Positions 41,331-51,533 of a stretch of 64,000 nucleotides of DNA are shown in pieces (the first letter of the stretch is position 1; every line of letters begins with the position of its first letter). The stretch is taken from assembly GCA_963728565.1 (NCBI GenBank), contig CAVSLC010000014.1, forward strand, positions 78,030 to 142,029. The letters are read 5' to 3'. Below the pieces are notes generated by a model. It searched no databases, was not told the origin of the DNA, and was given only the letters and a program-made list of their open reading frames with translations. The translations under genes were made by a program, and so were the position numbers. The DNA is from an uncultured delta proteobacterium (GTDB lineage Bacteria; Desulfobacterota; Binatia; UBA9968).

Positions 41331-42326
41331 TTATTTAACGTAGCCTTCTTTGACCAGCTGATCGACAATGCTGGTATCGATAAAGGAGGCCGGATCTGCA
41401 TTTGCCGCTTTCGGAGTATTCTTTTTGATGGCTTCCAATGTGGTGCGAATCGTTTCGATCTTCGGACGAGGGCTGACATCGACCCAGTTTCTATACATGT
41501 TGTAAGCGTATTCGGTTTCTTCGCGGCTGCGGCCCAAATAGGGCGCCATGTAACTGATGGTTTTTTCTTTCTGTTCGAAAAAAAACCTCATCGCCTCAGT
41601 CGTGGCTCTCATGAAGCGCACAACGTTGTCGCGGTTGCTCTTCAAATACGAGCGTGGCAGGAGCTCCCCGTTCTGTTGCCAGGGGATGCCCAATGCCGGT
41701 AGCGCGAGCAGCATTTCATAACCGCGCTTTTCGGCGATGAGATCGAAGGGCGGGGCGAAGATGCCGAACTGCACATCGCCCGTTTCCATCGCCGCAAGAA
41801 TACTCGCGGGGTCGGCGCTGGAGTGCTGAACCAGCTTTACATCCTTTTCCGGATCGATCTTCAATCGGTTCAACGCAAATCTCAGAGCGGTGTCGGGGAT
41901 GGTACCGAAAGGCGCGCCGACATGGCCGGTCTTGCCTTTCAGATCGGCGATTTTCTTAATGTCTTTCTGCGCCATGATCTTATACGGAAAAACATTGACC
42001 CATGAGCCGACCAGCACGAACGGCGGCGCGCCTTCCAGTGTCGCCGTGACAAAAGCCGCCGCGCCTGCTCCGGTTGCCATCTGCATGCTCCCGCCGAGCA
42101 TTGCCTGAACCGCGGCTGTAGTATTGGTCTTAACGATGCTGACATCGAGCCCGTGCTTTTTGTAGAGGTTTTCTCTCTCGGCGATGACGAAAAGGCCGGC
42201 GCCCGGATTGACGCCCGCCTGGCCGGCATTCATTTTCGCTCCCTGAGCCAAGCCCTGCGAAATCCCAAATGTCAGGATCAAGAGAGTCAGCGTCAACGTT
42301 TGTAATGAAATCCTAGCTGCATTCAT
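41331..42326 (-). CDS. NMT1/SsuA-like ABC substrate-binding protein
   Basis: Signal peptide and LYKKHGLDVS, DLKGK, IDPEKDVKLV, FIDTSIVDQLVKEG motifs. Confidence 0.88.
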   Translation of the reverse strand: MNAARISLQTLTLTLLILTFGISQGLAQGAKMNAGQAGVNPGAGLFVIAERENLYKKHGLDVSIVKTNTTAAVQAMLGGSMQMATGAGAAAFVTATLEGAPPFVLVGSWVNVFPYKIMAQKDIKKIADLKGKTGHVGAPFGTIPDTALRFALNRLKIDPEKDVKLVQHSSADPASILAAMETGDVQFGIFAPPFDLIAEKRGYEMLLALPALGIPWQQNGELLPRSYLKSNRDNVVRFMRATTEAMRFFFEQKEKTISYMAPYLGRSREETEYAYNMYRNWVDVSPRPKIETIRTTLEAIKKNTPKAANADPASFIDTSIVDQLVKEGYVK

Positions 42327-42362
42327 CGATTTCCTCCTGCGTTCAATCCACTAGCACGCTGC

Positions 42363-43181
42363 TTACTTTTGCGGCTTCCACTTTTCCAGACGCTGCTCGA
42401 GCGCTTTGAGCAGCTCGTTCAAAGTCGCGCCGAGAACCGCGATAATAACGATGGGAACGAACATCGCCGACATCTGAAAACGTTGCGCCGCCACTGAGCT
42501 TAGATAGCCGAGACCGGTTGCCGCGCCGTATTGCTCGGCGACGACGATGTAGACCAATGCCCGGCCCAGGGCCACGCGCATGCCGGCGACAATGTAAGGA
42601 AGCGATCCGGGAACCGAGACTTTGAGAAAGATGGTGCTGTCCTTGGCGCCGAAGGCACGTGCCATTGTAATCAGACGATGGTCCGTGTTGGCGATGCCCA
42701 CCATGGTATTGATCAGGATCGGAAACACTGCGGCAAGGATCGTCATGATGATTTTCGATATCGGGCCCAGACCGAAAACCATGATGATCAGGGGCAGCAA
42801 GGCAATCAGCGGAGTGGCGTAAATACCCGAGAGCAGCGGATCGAAAGCCTTGCTGAGGTTGCGATACCAGCCCATTGGAACTCCGATGACAACACCGAGT
42901 ATCACCGAAATCACAAAGCCGATGGAAAAATTGGTCAGGCTGAACCGCATGTGCTCCCAGATCGAGCCGTTGGCGAAAAGCTCGTAGCCTTTGGCGAGAA
43001 TCTGCGAAAATGGCGGAAAATAAAACGGATTGAGAATGTGCGTGCGGGTTGCGATTTCCCAGGCTAGAAAAAATATCAGGATGCCGATGATCCCGAGCCA
43101 GTTGGATGCAACCTCACGCAAGCGCGCCAGCCACAAGTTCGAGCTCGGCGGATGCGCCTCATCGATGGGCACGACTTTCAA
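42363..43181 (-). CDS. NitT/TauT-family ABC permease (start uncertain; ATG 43230 is one base out of frame)
   Basis: FPPFSQI, TPLIALLPL, EAA-like MARAFGA..IFLKVSVPGSLPYI and VVAE..GLG motifs. Confidence 0.9.
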   Translation of the reverse strand: MKVVPIDEAHPPSSNLWLARLREVASNWLGIIGILIFFLAWEIATRTHILNPFYFPPFSQILAKGYELFANGSIWEHMRFSLTNFSIGFVISVILGVVIGVPMGWYRNLSKAFDPLLSGIYATPLIALLPLIIMVFGLGPISKIIMTILAAVFPILINTMVGIANTDHRLITMARAFGAKDSTIFLKVSVPGSLPYIVAGMRVALGRALVYIVVAEQYGAATGLGYLSSVAAQRFQMSAMFVPIVIIAVLGATLNELLKALEQRLEKWKPQK

Positions 43182-43241
43182 CGACTCTTGTTGCTGCTTG
43201 GACGTGGGCGGCTCCGGTGTTCGTGGTCATCGAATCTATTG

Positions 43242-44648
43242 TCATGAATAGCCGGTGTCAAGCATAAGCGCGTCCTGGATCAGCTTGATCATGACGAATG
43301 CGTCTTGCAAATGGCGCCGCTCCAAAGTCGATAGCTCGGCTAGGACGATCGCATGATCCAGGGGCTGTTTATGACGATAAGCAGTGAGTTGCCGGCGCAG
43401 CCGCAGGTGCAGGAGAAAAGAAAAAATCTCGCTCAGCGTATGAGCGGTTTCGTTATTGAGGAGCGAACCCGACGCGCCGGCCGCTTCTAATCTTGCGAGC
43501 GTGGAGCGCTCATGTGAACCGGCGCATAGCGCAGCGGCGCGCGCCAAAGCTACGATGGGCCCGATGCCGCCTTTTTTCAGATCCACTTTGCCGTTATCGG
43601 CGCGAATCCTTTTGAAGAAGCCCAGCGGCGGCCGAAATCCAAGGGCTCCGCGAATCATGTGCCATAAGAAAAGCTTTTCACGGCGCGCGCCCGCAAGAGT
43701 TTCTTCCAAAGGTATCAAAGAGAGATCACCGACTACGGAGCGGAAGTCGAAGAAGATCGCGCTCTCTAACAGCGCTTGCGGCTCGGGCGTCTGTATATGG
43801 CGGATAAAAAGCGCTTGCCACTCGTTTAACGGCTTGCACCAATTGGTTGCCATGTAGCCGCCGGCGCAAGGCGGAAAGCCGACTTGGATCAGCGCCTCCA
43901 CAAGATAATTCGCCAAGGCTGCGAAATAAGTTTGCGTCGCTGCAGATTCGCTTTCATAGACCAACGCATTGTCCTGGTCGGTCAGTAAGGCTTGTTCCAA
44001 TCGTCCCTCAGAGCCGAAGACGATCCATGCAAATGGCGCCGGTGGCGCGCCGAGACTCTGTTCGCCAAGATAGACCAACCGCCTTACCAGAGCATCATTG
44101 AGGCTGGAAACGATCCGGCCGATCTCAGTGGCCGACACACCGCCGCTGAAAAGTTTTTCGACCAACGCTGCAATCTCGCCCGCATAATTACCCAGTGCCG
44201 ACGGTTCCTGGATTTGATCCAAGGTGCGCCGGAGGTACAGCGGATTGTTGATCTGGTGACGCAGAAGATCGGTGCCGCTGATAACGCCGATAATCGATGC
44301 CGCATCGACGACGGCCAAGTGGTGAATGTTATTCTCGAGCATGAGTTGTAAAGCGGCAAAGATCGGCGCGCTGGCATCGATTGTCTTCACCGGCCGTGAC
44401 ATCACTTGACTGACACGCGCCTCCGGCCCGAGCCCTGCCGCCAATACGCGGCCGCGGAGATCGCGATCGGTGATAATCCCGGGCAAATCGCCTGCGATCA
44501 ATACCGAGCCGATTCCGGCTTGTTGCATCGTCGAGGCCGCCGCGGCCACGGACGCATCGGCATCGATGAAGACCGGCGCGCGCTTAATCAGATGCTTGAC
44601 CGGCAGATTTAAATTATACGCGGACTCGGTGAGGAGAGAGGCGGACAT
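43242..44648 (-). CDS. CBS-pair plus DUF294 putative nucleotidyltransferase and substrate-binding domain
   Basis: GIITDRDLR, FGSEGR.EQ.L.TDQDN, GGYMATNW, IFFDFR and DLKKGG..PIV motifs. Confidence 0.9.
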   Translation of the reverse strand: MSASLLTESAYNLNLPVKHLIKRAPVFIDADASVAAAASTMQQAGIGSVLIAGDLPGIITDRDLRGRVLAAGLGPEARVSQVMSRPVKTIDASAPIFAALQLMLENNIHHLAVVDAASIIGVISGTDLLRHQINNPLYLRRTLDQIQEPSALGNYAGEIAALVEKLFSGGVSATEIGRIVSSLNDALVRRLVYLGEQSLGAPPAPFAWIVFGSEGRLEQALLTDQDNALVYESESAATQTYFAALANYLVEALIQVGFPPCAGGYMATNWCKPLNEWQALFIRHIQTPEPQALLESAIFFDFRSVVGDLSLIPLEETLAGARREKLFLWHMIRGALGFRPPLGFFKRIRADNGKVDLKKGGIGPIVALARAAALCAGSHERSTLARLEAAGASGSLLNNETAHTLSEIFSFLLHLRLRRQLTAYRHKQPLDHAIVLAELSTLERRHLQDAFVMIKLIQDALMLDTGYS

Positions 44649-44657
44649 TCGATCGGC

Positions 44658-44954
44658 TTAAAGCGACTGTGGCGATGAACCGGATAGCACTCGGCTCAGC
44701 GCCACGGCAACCAGCCACAGCACGCCGTAGAACATCAAGGCTATCCATCGCAATCGCTGTTCAGGCACATCGCCCGAACGCCAAACTCTGACGGGTCGAG
44801 TAAGCGGCCCGGTCAATACCGAGAAGAACCAAAGAACTTTGTGTTCGGGTCTTTTGATGATCCGTGACACCAGGATATGCAGCATCAGATAGAATACGGC
44901 TATGAAACAGATAAAGCGCAGGAGGACGACCAGCTGCAAGACAAATCCATTCAT
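44658..44954 (-). CDS. Small membrane protein of unknown function (loosely YggT-like)
   Basis: Two hydrophobic segments flanking FFSVLTGPLTRPVR. It sits inside the actP operon. Confidence 0.65.
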   Translation of the reverse strand: MNGFVLQLVVLLRFICFIAVFYLMLHILVSRIIKRPEHKVLWFFSVLTGPLTRPVRVWRSGDVPEQRLRWIALMFYGVLWLVAVALSRVLSGSSPQSL

Positions 44955-44997
44955 AAAAAGTCCACGCGAGGCGCCTCCCCCTCGCGTCGACACAACT

Positions 44998-46932
44998 TTA
45001 GCGCGCGCCGATCGGTACCCCGCGGCCTAATGGATCGGATGTTATAGCCTGTCCGGATTTTGGATAACGAACGCTCGCCACTAGATCCTGAACCGGCTTG
45101 GGTGGCGCCTCGGTTAAGAGCGACACGATCCAGATCGTCAGGAAACCAACCGGCAATCCAAAAACCGCCGAGGCAATAGTCTGAGTGCCAAACCATGAAA
45201 CGCCGTAGAAGCGGCTGCCGATCATATAATACGCGGTCACCGCGAGACCCGCGAGCATGCCGGCGCAAGCCCCGGCCTTATTGGCGCGCCGCCACCAGAT
45301 GCCCATGACCAGAGCAGGAAAGAAGGACGCGCCCGCCAAACTGAAAGCCCATGCGACCAACTCCACTATGATGGCGACCCGGAAAGTTGATACCCAAGCC
45401 GCTACCAGCGCGGTTATTACCAGCAAAATCTTGGTGATCGTGAGTCGTTTGGTCAGCGACGCTTTGGGATCGATGACGTTATAGTAGAGATCGTGTGAGA
45501 AGGCGTTGGCAATGGTCAATAACAAGCCGTCCGCCGTAGACAATGCCGCGGCCAGGCCGCCGGCCATCACCAGGCCGGTGATGACAAACGGCAGGCCGGC
45601 GACCTCCGGCATCGACAGGACGACGAAGTCGGTGGATTTGACCACGAAGTCCGCCCACTGAACGATGCCGTCGCCGTTTTTATCGATGACCTCGAAAAGA
45701 CCGGCGGGCTGCCAAAGCGTTACCCAACGCGGCAACTCGGCAATTTGCGTTCCGACCAGCCTCGCGTAGATGACAAACCGGGCGAAAGCCGCATAGGCCG
45801 GCGCAGTGAAATAGAGCAGGAAAATAAAGAACAGCGACCACGCCACCGATGTCCGCGCCTGGCGCACCGACGGCGTTGTGTAATACCGAGTAAGAATATG
45901 GGGCAGGCCCGCTGTGCCTACCATCAGGCAAAAGGTCAACGCCAGAAAATTCCACATGCCGACGCCGCTCGGTACCGTGAGGTAACGTCCCACTGTGGCG
46001 TCGTCACTGGCGGCGGGGGCTGTGGCTTGCTGCGTAGCAATTTTTGCAGCTGCCCTGAGTTTTTCCGCAGTCGCTTCATCGACTGCGCCCGCCTTGAGCT
46101 TGGCGTTGGCCTGCTCCGCCTCCTTTGCCCACAGCGCCCGGGTCTCCTTCTCTCTGGCATCGCGGGTGATCTCGATGGCTTTGGCGTTATTGGTCTGGAG
46201 CACGCGGCCATAGGTGATTTCGGGAATCGGTATCGCAAACAGTTGATAGGAAAGATACACAACGGGAACCAGATAGGAGACAATCAAGATGATGTACTGC
46301 GCCACCTGGGTCCAAGTCACCGACTTCATGCCTCCCAGCACCGAGCAGAAGAGTACGCCGATCAGACCGACGAAGACGCCAATATTGAAATCCAAGCCGA
46401 TAAAGCGCGAGACAATCAGGCCGACGCCGGTCACCTGGGCAATCAGGTAGGTGAACGAGCAGGCGATCGCGGCGACGACGCCGATGATCCTGGCGAAATT
46501 GCCGCCGTAACGCGCGCCGAGAAAATCCGGAATGGTATAGGCGCCGAACTGGCGCAGGTAAGGGCCGAGAAAGACAGCGAGTAACAGATAACCGCCGGTC
46601 CAACCCATGACGTAAGCGAGACCGGCGAAGCCTTGAGCGGAAAGCGCCCCGGCCATTGAGATAAACGAAGCGGCTGACATCCAATCGGAACCGGTGGCCA
46701 TGCCGTTGAAGACGGCGGGAACGCCCCGTCCAGCGACATAGTATTGGTCAGGGTTGGAGGTGCGGGTGACGATGCCGATAACAATATAGATACCCAGCGA
46801 CAAGCCCATAAAGATCCAACCGATCCAATTGGGCGGCAAACCAAATAATTGTTCGGCAATGCCGATCATAATGGTTACGCCAATAAATCCGATGGTGTAA
46901 TAAGTGAAGATTTTTGCCAGGCTCATGGTCAA
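44998..46932 (-). CDS. actP: Sodium:solute symporter, ActP/VC_2705-like long form
   Basis: YYVAGR, NGMATGSDWMSAASF, GWTGG, GTAGLPHIL and AAALSTADGLLL motifs. Confidence 0.88.
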   Translation of the reverse strand: MTMSLAKIFTYYTIGFIGVTIMIGIAEQLFGLPPNWIGWIFMGLSLGIYIVIGIVTRTSNPDQYYVAGRGVPAVFNGMATGSDWMSAASFISMAGALSAQGFAGLAYVMGWTGGYLLLAVFLGPYLRQFGAYTIPDFLGARYGGNFARIIGVVAAIACSFTYLIAQVTGVGLIVSRFIGLDFNIGVFVGLIGVLFCSVLGGMKSVTWTQVAQYIILIVSYLVPVVYLSYQLFAIPIPEITYGRVLQTNNAKAIEITRDAREKETRALWAKEAEQANAKLKAGAVDEATAEKLRAAAKIATQQATAPAASDDATVGRYLTVPSGVGMWNFLALTFCLMVGTAGLPHILTRYYTTPSVRQARTSVAWSLFFIFLLYFTAPAYAAFARFVIYARLVGTQIAELPRWVTLWQPAGLFEVIDKNGDGIVQWADFVVKSTDFVVLSMPEVAGLPFVITGLVMAGGLAAALSTADGLLLTIANAFSHDLYYNVIDPKASLTKRLTITKILLVITALVAAWVSTFRVAIIVELVAWAFSLAGASFFPALVMGIWWRRANKAGACAGMLAGLAVTAYYMIGSRFYGVSWFGTQTIASAVFGLPVGFLTIWIVSLLTEAPPKPVQDLVASVRYPKSGQAITSDPLGRGVPIGAR

Positions 46933-47198
46933 TCTCCCTCCAGGATGCCGTACTCTCTGTCCAGTTTGTTCATCAGATAGGCATACACCGCGATTTCAAT
47001 GACGAAGATCGCAAGCGATCCCTGCGCAGCCATGTAGTAGCCGAGTGGGAATCCGAGGAAAGAGAACTGATTAAGCCAACCCGCCCAGAGCCCGGAGATA
47101 AGGTAGGTTACAACGAACCAAATGACCAGGAGAATGGTGGTGAGCGTGATGTTGTAACGCCAATACGACTTTCGTTGCTCCTCTGTGAGATCGGCCAT
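46929..47198 (-). CDS. DUF4212 small membrane partner of the symporter
   Basis: YWRYN..L...LVIWF, GFPLGYYMAAQGS and MNKLD..YG motifs. Confidence 0.9.
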   Translation of the reverse strand: MADLTEEQRKSYWRYNITLTTILLVIWFVVTYLISGLWAGWLNQFSFLGFPLGYYMAAQGSLAIFVIEIAVYAYLMNKLDREYGILEGD

Positions 47199-47503
47199 GA
47201 GCACCTCCTCGATGCTAATCGTTTCCTGTCACCTTGAAGCCAAACCGGTCATAGCGGCAGATGTAAGTCTATCAAAGCGTGCGCCTGCACCGGGCCATCA
47301 CACTTCGGGGCGGGAATAATCACTGCGCCACAGCTTTAGAGATGGCCATGCGAAACGCAGCAACCGGACTCTGGCACGGCTTGTAGCAAACGCTGCAATG
47401 ATGTGTCAAATGAATATTTGTAAAAGCACCGGCAAGTATCTGTGAATGACGCGCCTTACTTTCCAACCAGATTCATCAGTTCTCGCGAAGGAGTAAGAGA
47501 TCA

Positions 47504-48382
47504 ATGAAGAATCCGCGCTACGATTACAGTCCCATCATCGGTCGAGAAAAAATCGCCTGGCCCGACAATGGCCGCATCGCCCTTTGGGTGGCGCCTAATA
47601 TTGAATACTTTCATTTCGATATGCCGATTCGCGGCTCAGGCAGCAATCATAAGCCGGACGTGCCGGGATATACCCTGCGCGACTACGGATCACGGGTGGG
47701 CGTATTCCGGATCATGAATGTGCTCGATAGATTCGGAATACGCGCCAGCGTTCTGCTCAATGCCGAGGTGTGTGAACACCATCCCCAGATTATTGCGGAA
47801 GGCAATAAACGCAACTGGGAATGGCTCGGTCATGGTTTGACCAACAGCGTGTCGATGCTGGATTACTCGGCTGATGAAGAGCGTGGAATCATCCACAAGG
47901 TTAGAGAAACTATCACTGCAGCGACCGGCAAAGAGCCAAAAGGTTGGCTAGGTCCCGGACTGGGCGAGACATTCGATACGCCGGATCATCTCGCCGCCGA
48001 AGGCTTCGAATACGTTTGCGACTGGGGCAACGACGAGCAGCCTACGCCGATGCGGGTGAAGACAGGGAGAATGATCGTCGTGCCCTACGAACTCGGTGTT
48101 AACGACATCAGGGTCTTCAATCGCGAGAACCACACGGCCGAACAATATTACCGAATGGTGTGCGATCACTTCGACACGCTTTACCGCGACAGCGTTTCCG
48201 GCGGCCGGGTGCTTTGTCTGCCGCTGCATCCGTTCGTAATCGGCCTGCCGTTTCGAATTTCATATCTGGAGAAGGCGCTCGATTACATTTGCTCTCATGA
48301 CGGCGTCTGGCGCACAACCAGTGGAGAAATTGCCGAGTGGTATTATAAGAACTACTATAAAGATCCGGGAAAATCGGCTTAG
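47504..48382 (+). CDS. Polysaccharide deacetylase family protein (PuuE-like)
   Basis: RYDYSPI, DYGSRVGVFR, GHG, GWLGPGL, DW.NDEQP and LPLHPF motifs. Confidence 0.88.
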   Translation: MKNPRYDYSPIIGREKIAWPDNGRIALWVAPNIEYFHFDMPIRGSGSNHKPDVPGYTLRDYGSRVGVFRIMNVLDRFGIRASVLLNAEVCEHHPQIIAEGNKRNWEWLGHGLTNSVSMLDYSADEERGIIHKVRETITAATGKEPKGWLGPGLGETFDTPDHLAAEGFEYVCDWGNDEQPTPMRVKTGRMIVVPYELGVNDIRVFNRENHTAEQYYRMVCDHFDTLYRDSVSGGRVLCLPLHPFVIGLPFRISYLEKALDYICSHDGVWRTTSGEIAEWYYKNYYKDPGKSA

Positions 48383-48441
48383 GATTGGGGCCGCAGATGC
48401 GACCCAATGGTGTCCGGGTTTTGTGGGGATCCGCAACGCGG

Positions 48442-48996
48442 TCAAGGTTGATCCGAAGCTTTCTTAGTCATATTTGACTCTGTCTCTTCGATTTTCTCCA
48501 AGACCTTTTCCGGATCAACATCTTTCTTCAATTCAGCCAGCTCCGGGTGGTCGGATGCGGCTTCTATTCCCATGCGCTCGGCCATGGCGGTGACGAGGCT
48601 GATCAATCGGGTTACTTCGTGTTCAGCCAAAAGACTGATGTGCAGGTCGAGGTCGGCGCGACGGTCGGCTTGGGCAGCCATCCGATTCTGCGTGATCAGC
48701 ACGAAGGTCGAAAGAAAAATCGCTTCCACTGATGCAAACATCGCCAGAACAACAAAAGTTGGATCGAACGTCGGTAGCGGTGTCCATCCGAGATTAACAA
48801 TGATCCAAACGCCGAAACCGATTAAGTGTATGTAGACAAAAATCATACTGCCGGCAAAGCGGCTTATTGCATCCGCTATTCGGTCTTGAACGCCTTTTGT
48901 CTTTTCCTCCTGGTTACGCCGGGATAGCAGGGCTTGAATGTTTCTCTCAACCACATCTGCCATATCGCCGGATTCGCGGGTTATGTTTTTGCTCAT
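48442..48996 (-). CDS. DUF1003 membrane protein
   Basis: IADAISRFAGS, FDP.F..L...SVEAIFLSTFVLITQNR and LLAEHE motifs. Confidence 0.9.
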   Translation of the reverse strand: MSKNITRESGDMADVVERNIQALLSRRNQEEKTKGVQDRIADAISRFAGSMIFVYIHLIGFGVWIIVNLGWTPLPTFDPTFVVLAMFASVEAIFLSTFVLITQNRMAAQADRRADLDLHISLLAEHEVTRLISLVTAMAERMGIEAASDHPELAELKKDVDPEKVLEKIEETESNMTKKASDQP

Positions 48997-49242
48997 GGCT
49001 TCTACTTCGATAAGTGAATGGTTGGTTTCGTGCGCCGTGGTAAAGTGAATATCAAGATTCTAACTCCTCCAAGTCATTTAGCTACCCCCGGGCCGCTGGT
49101 CGGCATCATGTAACCGGTTCATTCGCTGTGACGCGGCGAAAATGGTCGACATACTAAAGTAGAGTAGGGGTCGACTTTAACTTGTTGCTTGCTCCGTGAT
49201 ATCCATCGAAATAGAGCGCCTTTTTTGGATAGGAGACCGATT

Positions 49243-50688
49243 ATGGATGGTGGTCGAGCAAAGAAGCTTGCCCTGGAAAACATCGAGAGCAACAGTGAAC
49301 CGATTGCGCTGTTGTGCGACAACATCTTTTACTTTGCCGAGCTCGGCATGCAGGAGTTCGAGACCTCCGGATTGATGATGCAGATCCTCGAGAAAGCCGG
49401 ATTCACCATCGAGCGCAACCCATCGGGAATGCCGACGGGGTTCATAGCGCGTTACGGGTCGGGCAAGCCGGTGATTGCGCTGCACACGGAATTCGATGCG
49501 ACTCCGGGGTGCTCCCAGGCGCCCGGTGTGGCGGAGCCGACGCCGATTGTCGACGGCGCTCCAGGGCATACCGAGGGGCACAACGTCAATGGCGCGGTGA
49601 TGATCGCCGCGGCGTTGGCGATCAAAAAGACCATCGATGAATTCGGCATCAAGGGCACCCTGAAAGTTTTCGGCGCCCCCGCGGAAGAGCAGCTCGTCAG
49701 CCGTCCGTATTTTGTGCGCGACGGCTATTTCAAAGATGTCGATGTGGCATTGCACGATCATATCGGCAAAGAGCTCGGCACTGTTTACGGCTTGCGGCAG
49801 TATGCGCTTATTTCCGCTGAGTTCACTTTCAAGGGACAGAGCGCCCATGCCGCCACCGCGCCCTGGAACGCCCGCGATGCTTTGGACGCGGCGGTGCTGA
49901 TGGACATCGGCTGGGATAAACTGCGAGAGCACTTGGAGCCCACTCAGCGAAGCCATCGGGTGATCACCAACGGCGGCGACCAGCCCAATGTCATTCCCAA
50001 TCGATCGACGATCTGGTGGTTTTTCCGTGAAGCCACGGCCGAGAAAACCCGAGCGCTGTTTGAAAAAGCCAAGCGTGTTGCCCAAGGCGCGGCGATGATG
50101 ACCGAGACCTCGTACGATGTGAATGTCCTCAGCGCGGTCTGGCCGACCCGGGCCAATCGAACGCTGGCGGAGGTCATTCAAAGGAACATAGAAGCGATCG
50201 GCATGCCGCAGTGGACGGAAGGCGAGCAGAAATTGGTTCACGAAGTTCAGACCAAAGTGAAGGCTAAACCAACGGGCATGCCCACCAAAGTTGCCCCGCT
50301 CAAAGAATGTGTGCAATCGGTTTCCGCCAACGATTCCGGCGAGGTCTCGTGGGTGGTGCCGACGGGGCTGATCACCTTTCCATCGAATATTCCCGGCGTA
50401 TCGTACCATCACTGGTCCGCCGGTGTGTCTCTGGCCACATCGATCGCGCACAAAGGCGCGGTGGCCGGAGCAAAAGCTATGGCGGCATCGGCCATCGATG
50501 TGTTGCTAGATCCGCAGATCGTTGTCAAAGCCAGGGAAAGCTTCAAACAAGAAATCGGCGACGTCGAGTATCGGCCTTTACTGCCGCCGGACCAAAAACC
50601 GCCGCTGGATTTGAATCGAGATTTGATGGAACGGTACCGGCCGAAGATGCGTGAGCATTATTTAAAAGATAGGCCGGAGTTTCGATAA
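49243..50688 (+). CDS. M20D amidohydrolase (AbgB-like)
   Basis: AELGMQEF, GMPTGFIA, EFDA.PG.SQ, GHTEGHN, PAEE and HAA.APW motifs. Confidence 0.88.
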   Translation: MDGGRAKKLALENIESNSEPIALLCDNIFYFAELGMQEFETSGLMMQILEKAGFTIERNPSGMPTGFIARYGSGKPVIALHTEFDATPGCSQAPGVAEPTPIVDGAPGHTEGHNVNGAVMIAAALAIKKTIDEFGIKGTLKVFGAPAEEQLVSRPYFVRDGYFKDVDVALHDHIGKELGTVYGLRQYALISAEFTFKGQSAHAATAPWNARDALDAAVLMDIGWDKLREHLEPTQRSHRVITNGGDQPNVIPNRSTIWWFFREATAEKTRALFEKAKRVAQGAAMMTETSYDVNVLSAVWPTRANRTLAEVIQRNIEAIGMPQWTEGEQKLVHEVQTKVKAKPTGMPTKVAPLKECVQSVSANDSGEVSWVVPTGLITFPSNIPGVSYHHWSAGVSLATSIAHKGAVAGAKAMAASAIDVLLDPQIVVKARESFKQEIGDVEYRPLLPPDQKPPLDLNRDLMERYRPKMREHYLKDRPEFR

Positions 50689-50694
50689 GCAATC

Positions 50695-50779
50695 GTTCAA
50701 CCGTTCCACGGTTCAAGATCAGAGCTGAAGGCAAGAGGCTTAACCAGTTCGAGTCGTTCAAAACGTTCAAACCGTTTCA
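50695..50779. repeat. GTTCAA-periodic array, second locus
   Basis: Units at 50695, 50703 and 50711 (8-bp period), then 50747, 50756, 50765 and 50774 (9-bp period). Confidence 0.7.
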
Positions 50780-50819
50780 GGGAACGACTGAGTGCTGCTG
50801 CTCCGGAGTATGCCGGCGC

Positions 50820-51533
50820 TTAACGCGGACCGATCTCCGCGCTCAGCGTCACTGACGAGCGCACCTCGATGGTGCCGGCCTCGACCGGTGTCGGTGCGGC
50901 GGATGCCAGGGCTTCCGCTTGCATGCCCCGTGTCTGGGCGATAATCGGGCGCACTCCTCGTTCATTTTCCGTCAACGAGAGGACCCTGACGACTTTCAAT
51001 CCTAGAGAGCCGGCCATTTCTTCCGCCTTCGACTGAGCCTTTTGCGCTGCCATGCGCAGCGCCTGAACTTGCGCTGAATGCTCATCTTTCAATGTGAAAA
51101 CAAGCCGGTTGATCTGATTGGCGCCGGATTGCATGCCGGCGTCGATTAGCTTGCCGACGCCTGCCAAATTTCCGGTTCTGATCTGCAGAACATTGGCGGC
51201 GGTGTAGCCGGTTATTTCCGGCTTCCCGCCTTGGGGATAGCGGTAGTTTGGATTCAACGAGTATCCGGTGGTTTTGACCTCATCGCCTTTGCCGAGGAGC
51301 TTCTTGATCTGCGCCAGCACACGGCTAAGCTTCTCGGCGTTTTCTTTGGCTGCATCCGGCGCATTGCGCGCTTGGGTGAGGACCCCGATGTCGATTTGCG
51401 CCTGGTCTGGCTCCGCGGTGATGACCGCCTCGCCCTGTGCCGTGACTGACGGCGGTCTGATGCCAGTATTTTCTTGCGCCTGGACGCTCGCTGCCGGGAA
51501 AAGGAGACTAGTCAGGAGTATGAGCAGTTTCAT
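50820..51533 (-). CDS. SIMPL/DUF541 (YggE-like) periplasmic protein
   Basis: Signal peptide, V..QGEA..AEPDQA.I.IGV, GY.A.N, A..KAEEMA..LG and P.EAG..EV. Confidence 0.9.
   Translation of the reverse strand: MKLLILLTSLLFPAASVQAQENTGIRPPSVTAQGEAVITAEPDQAQIDIGVLTQARNAPDAAKENAEKLSRVLAQIKKLLGKGDEVKTTGYSLNPNYRYPQGGKPEITGYTAANVLQIRTGNLAGVGKLIDAGMQSGANQINRLVFTLKDEHSAQVQALRMAAQKAQSKAEEMAGSLGLKVVRVLSLTENERGVRPIIAQTRGMQAEALASAAPTPVEAGTIEVRSSVTLSAEIGPR

Noticed and set aside
47371-47388. sigma54 promoter CTGGCACGGCTTGTAGC
   Set aside because: GG-to-GC spacing is 11 nt rather than the strict 10.
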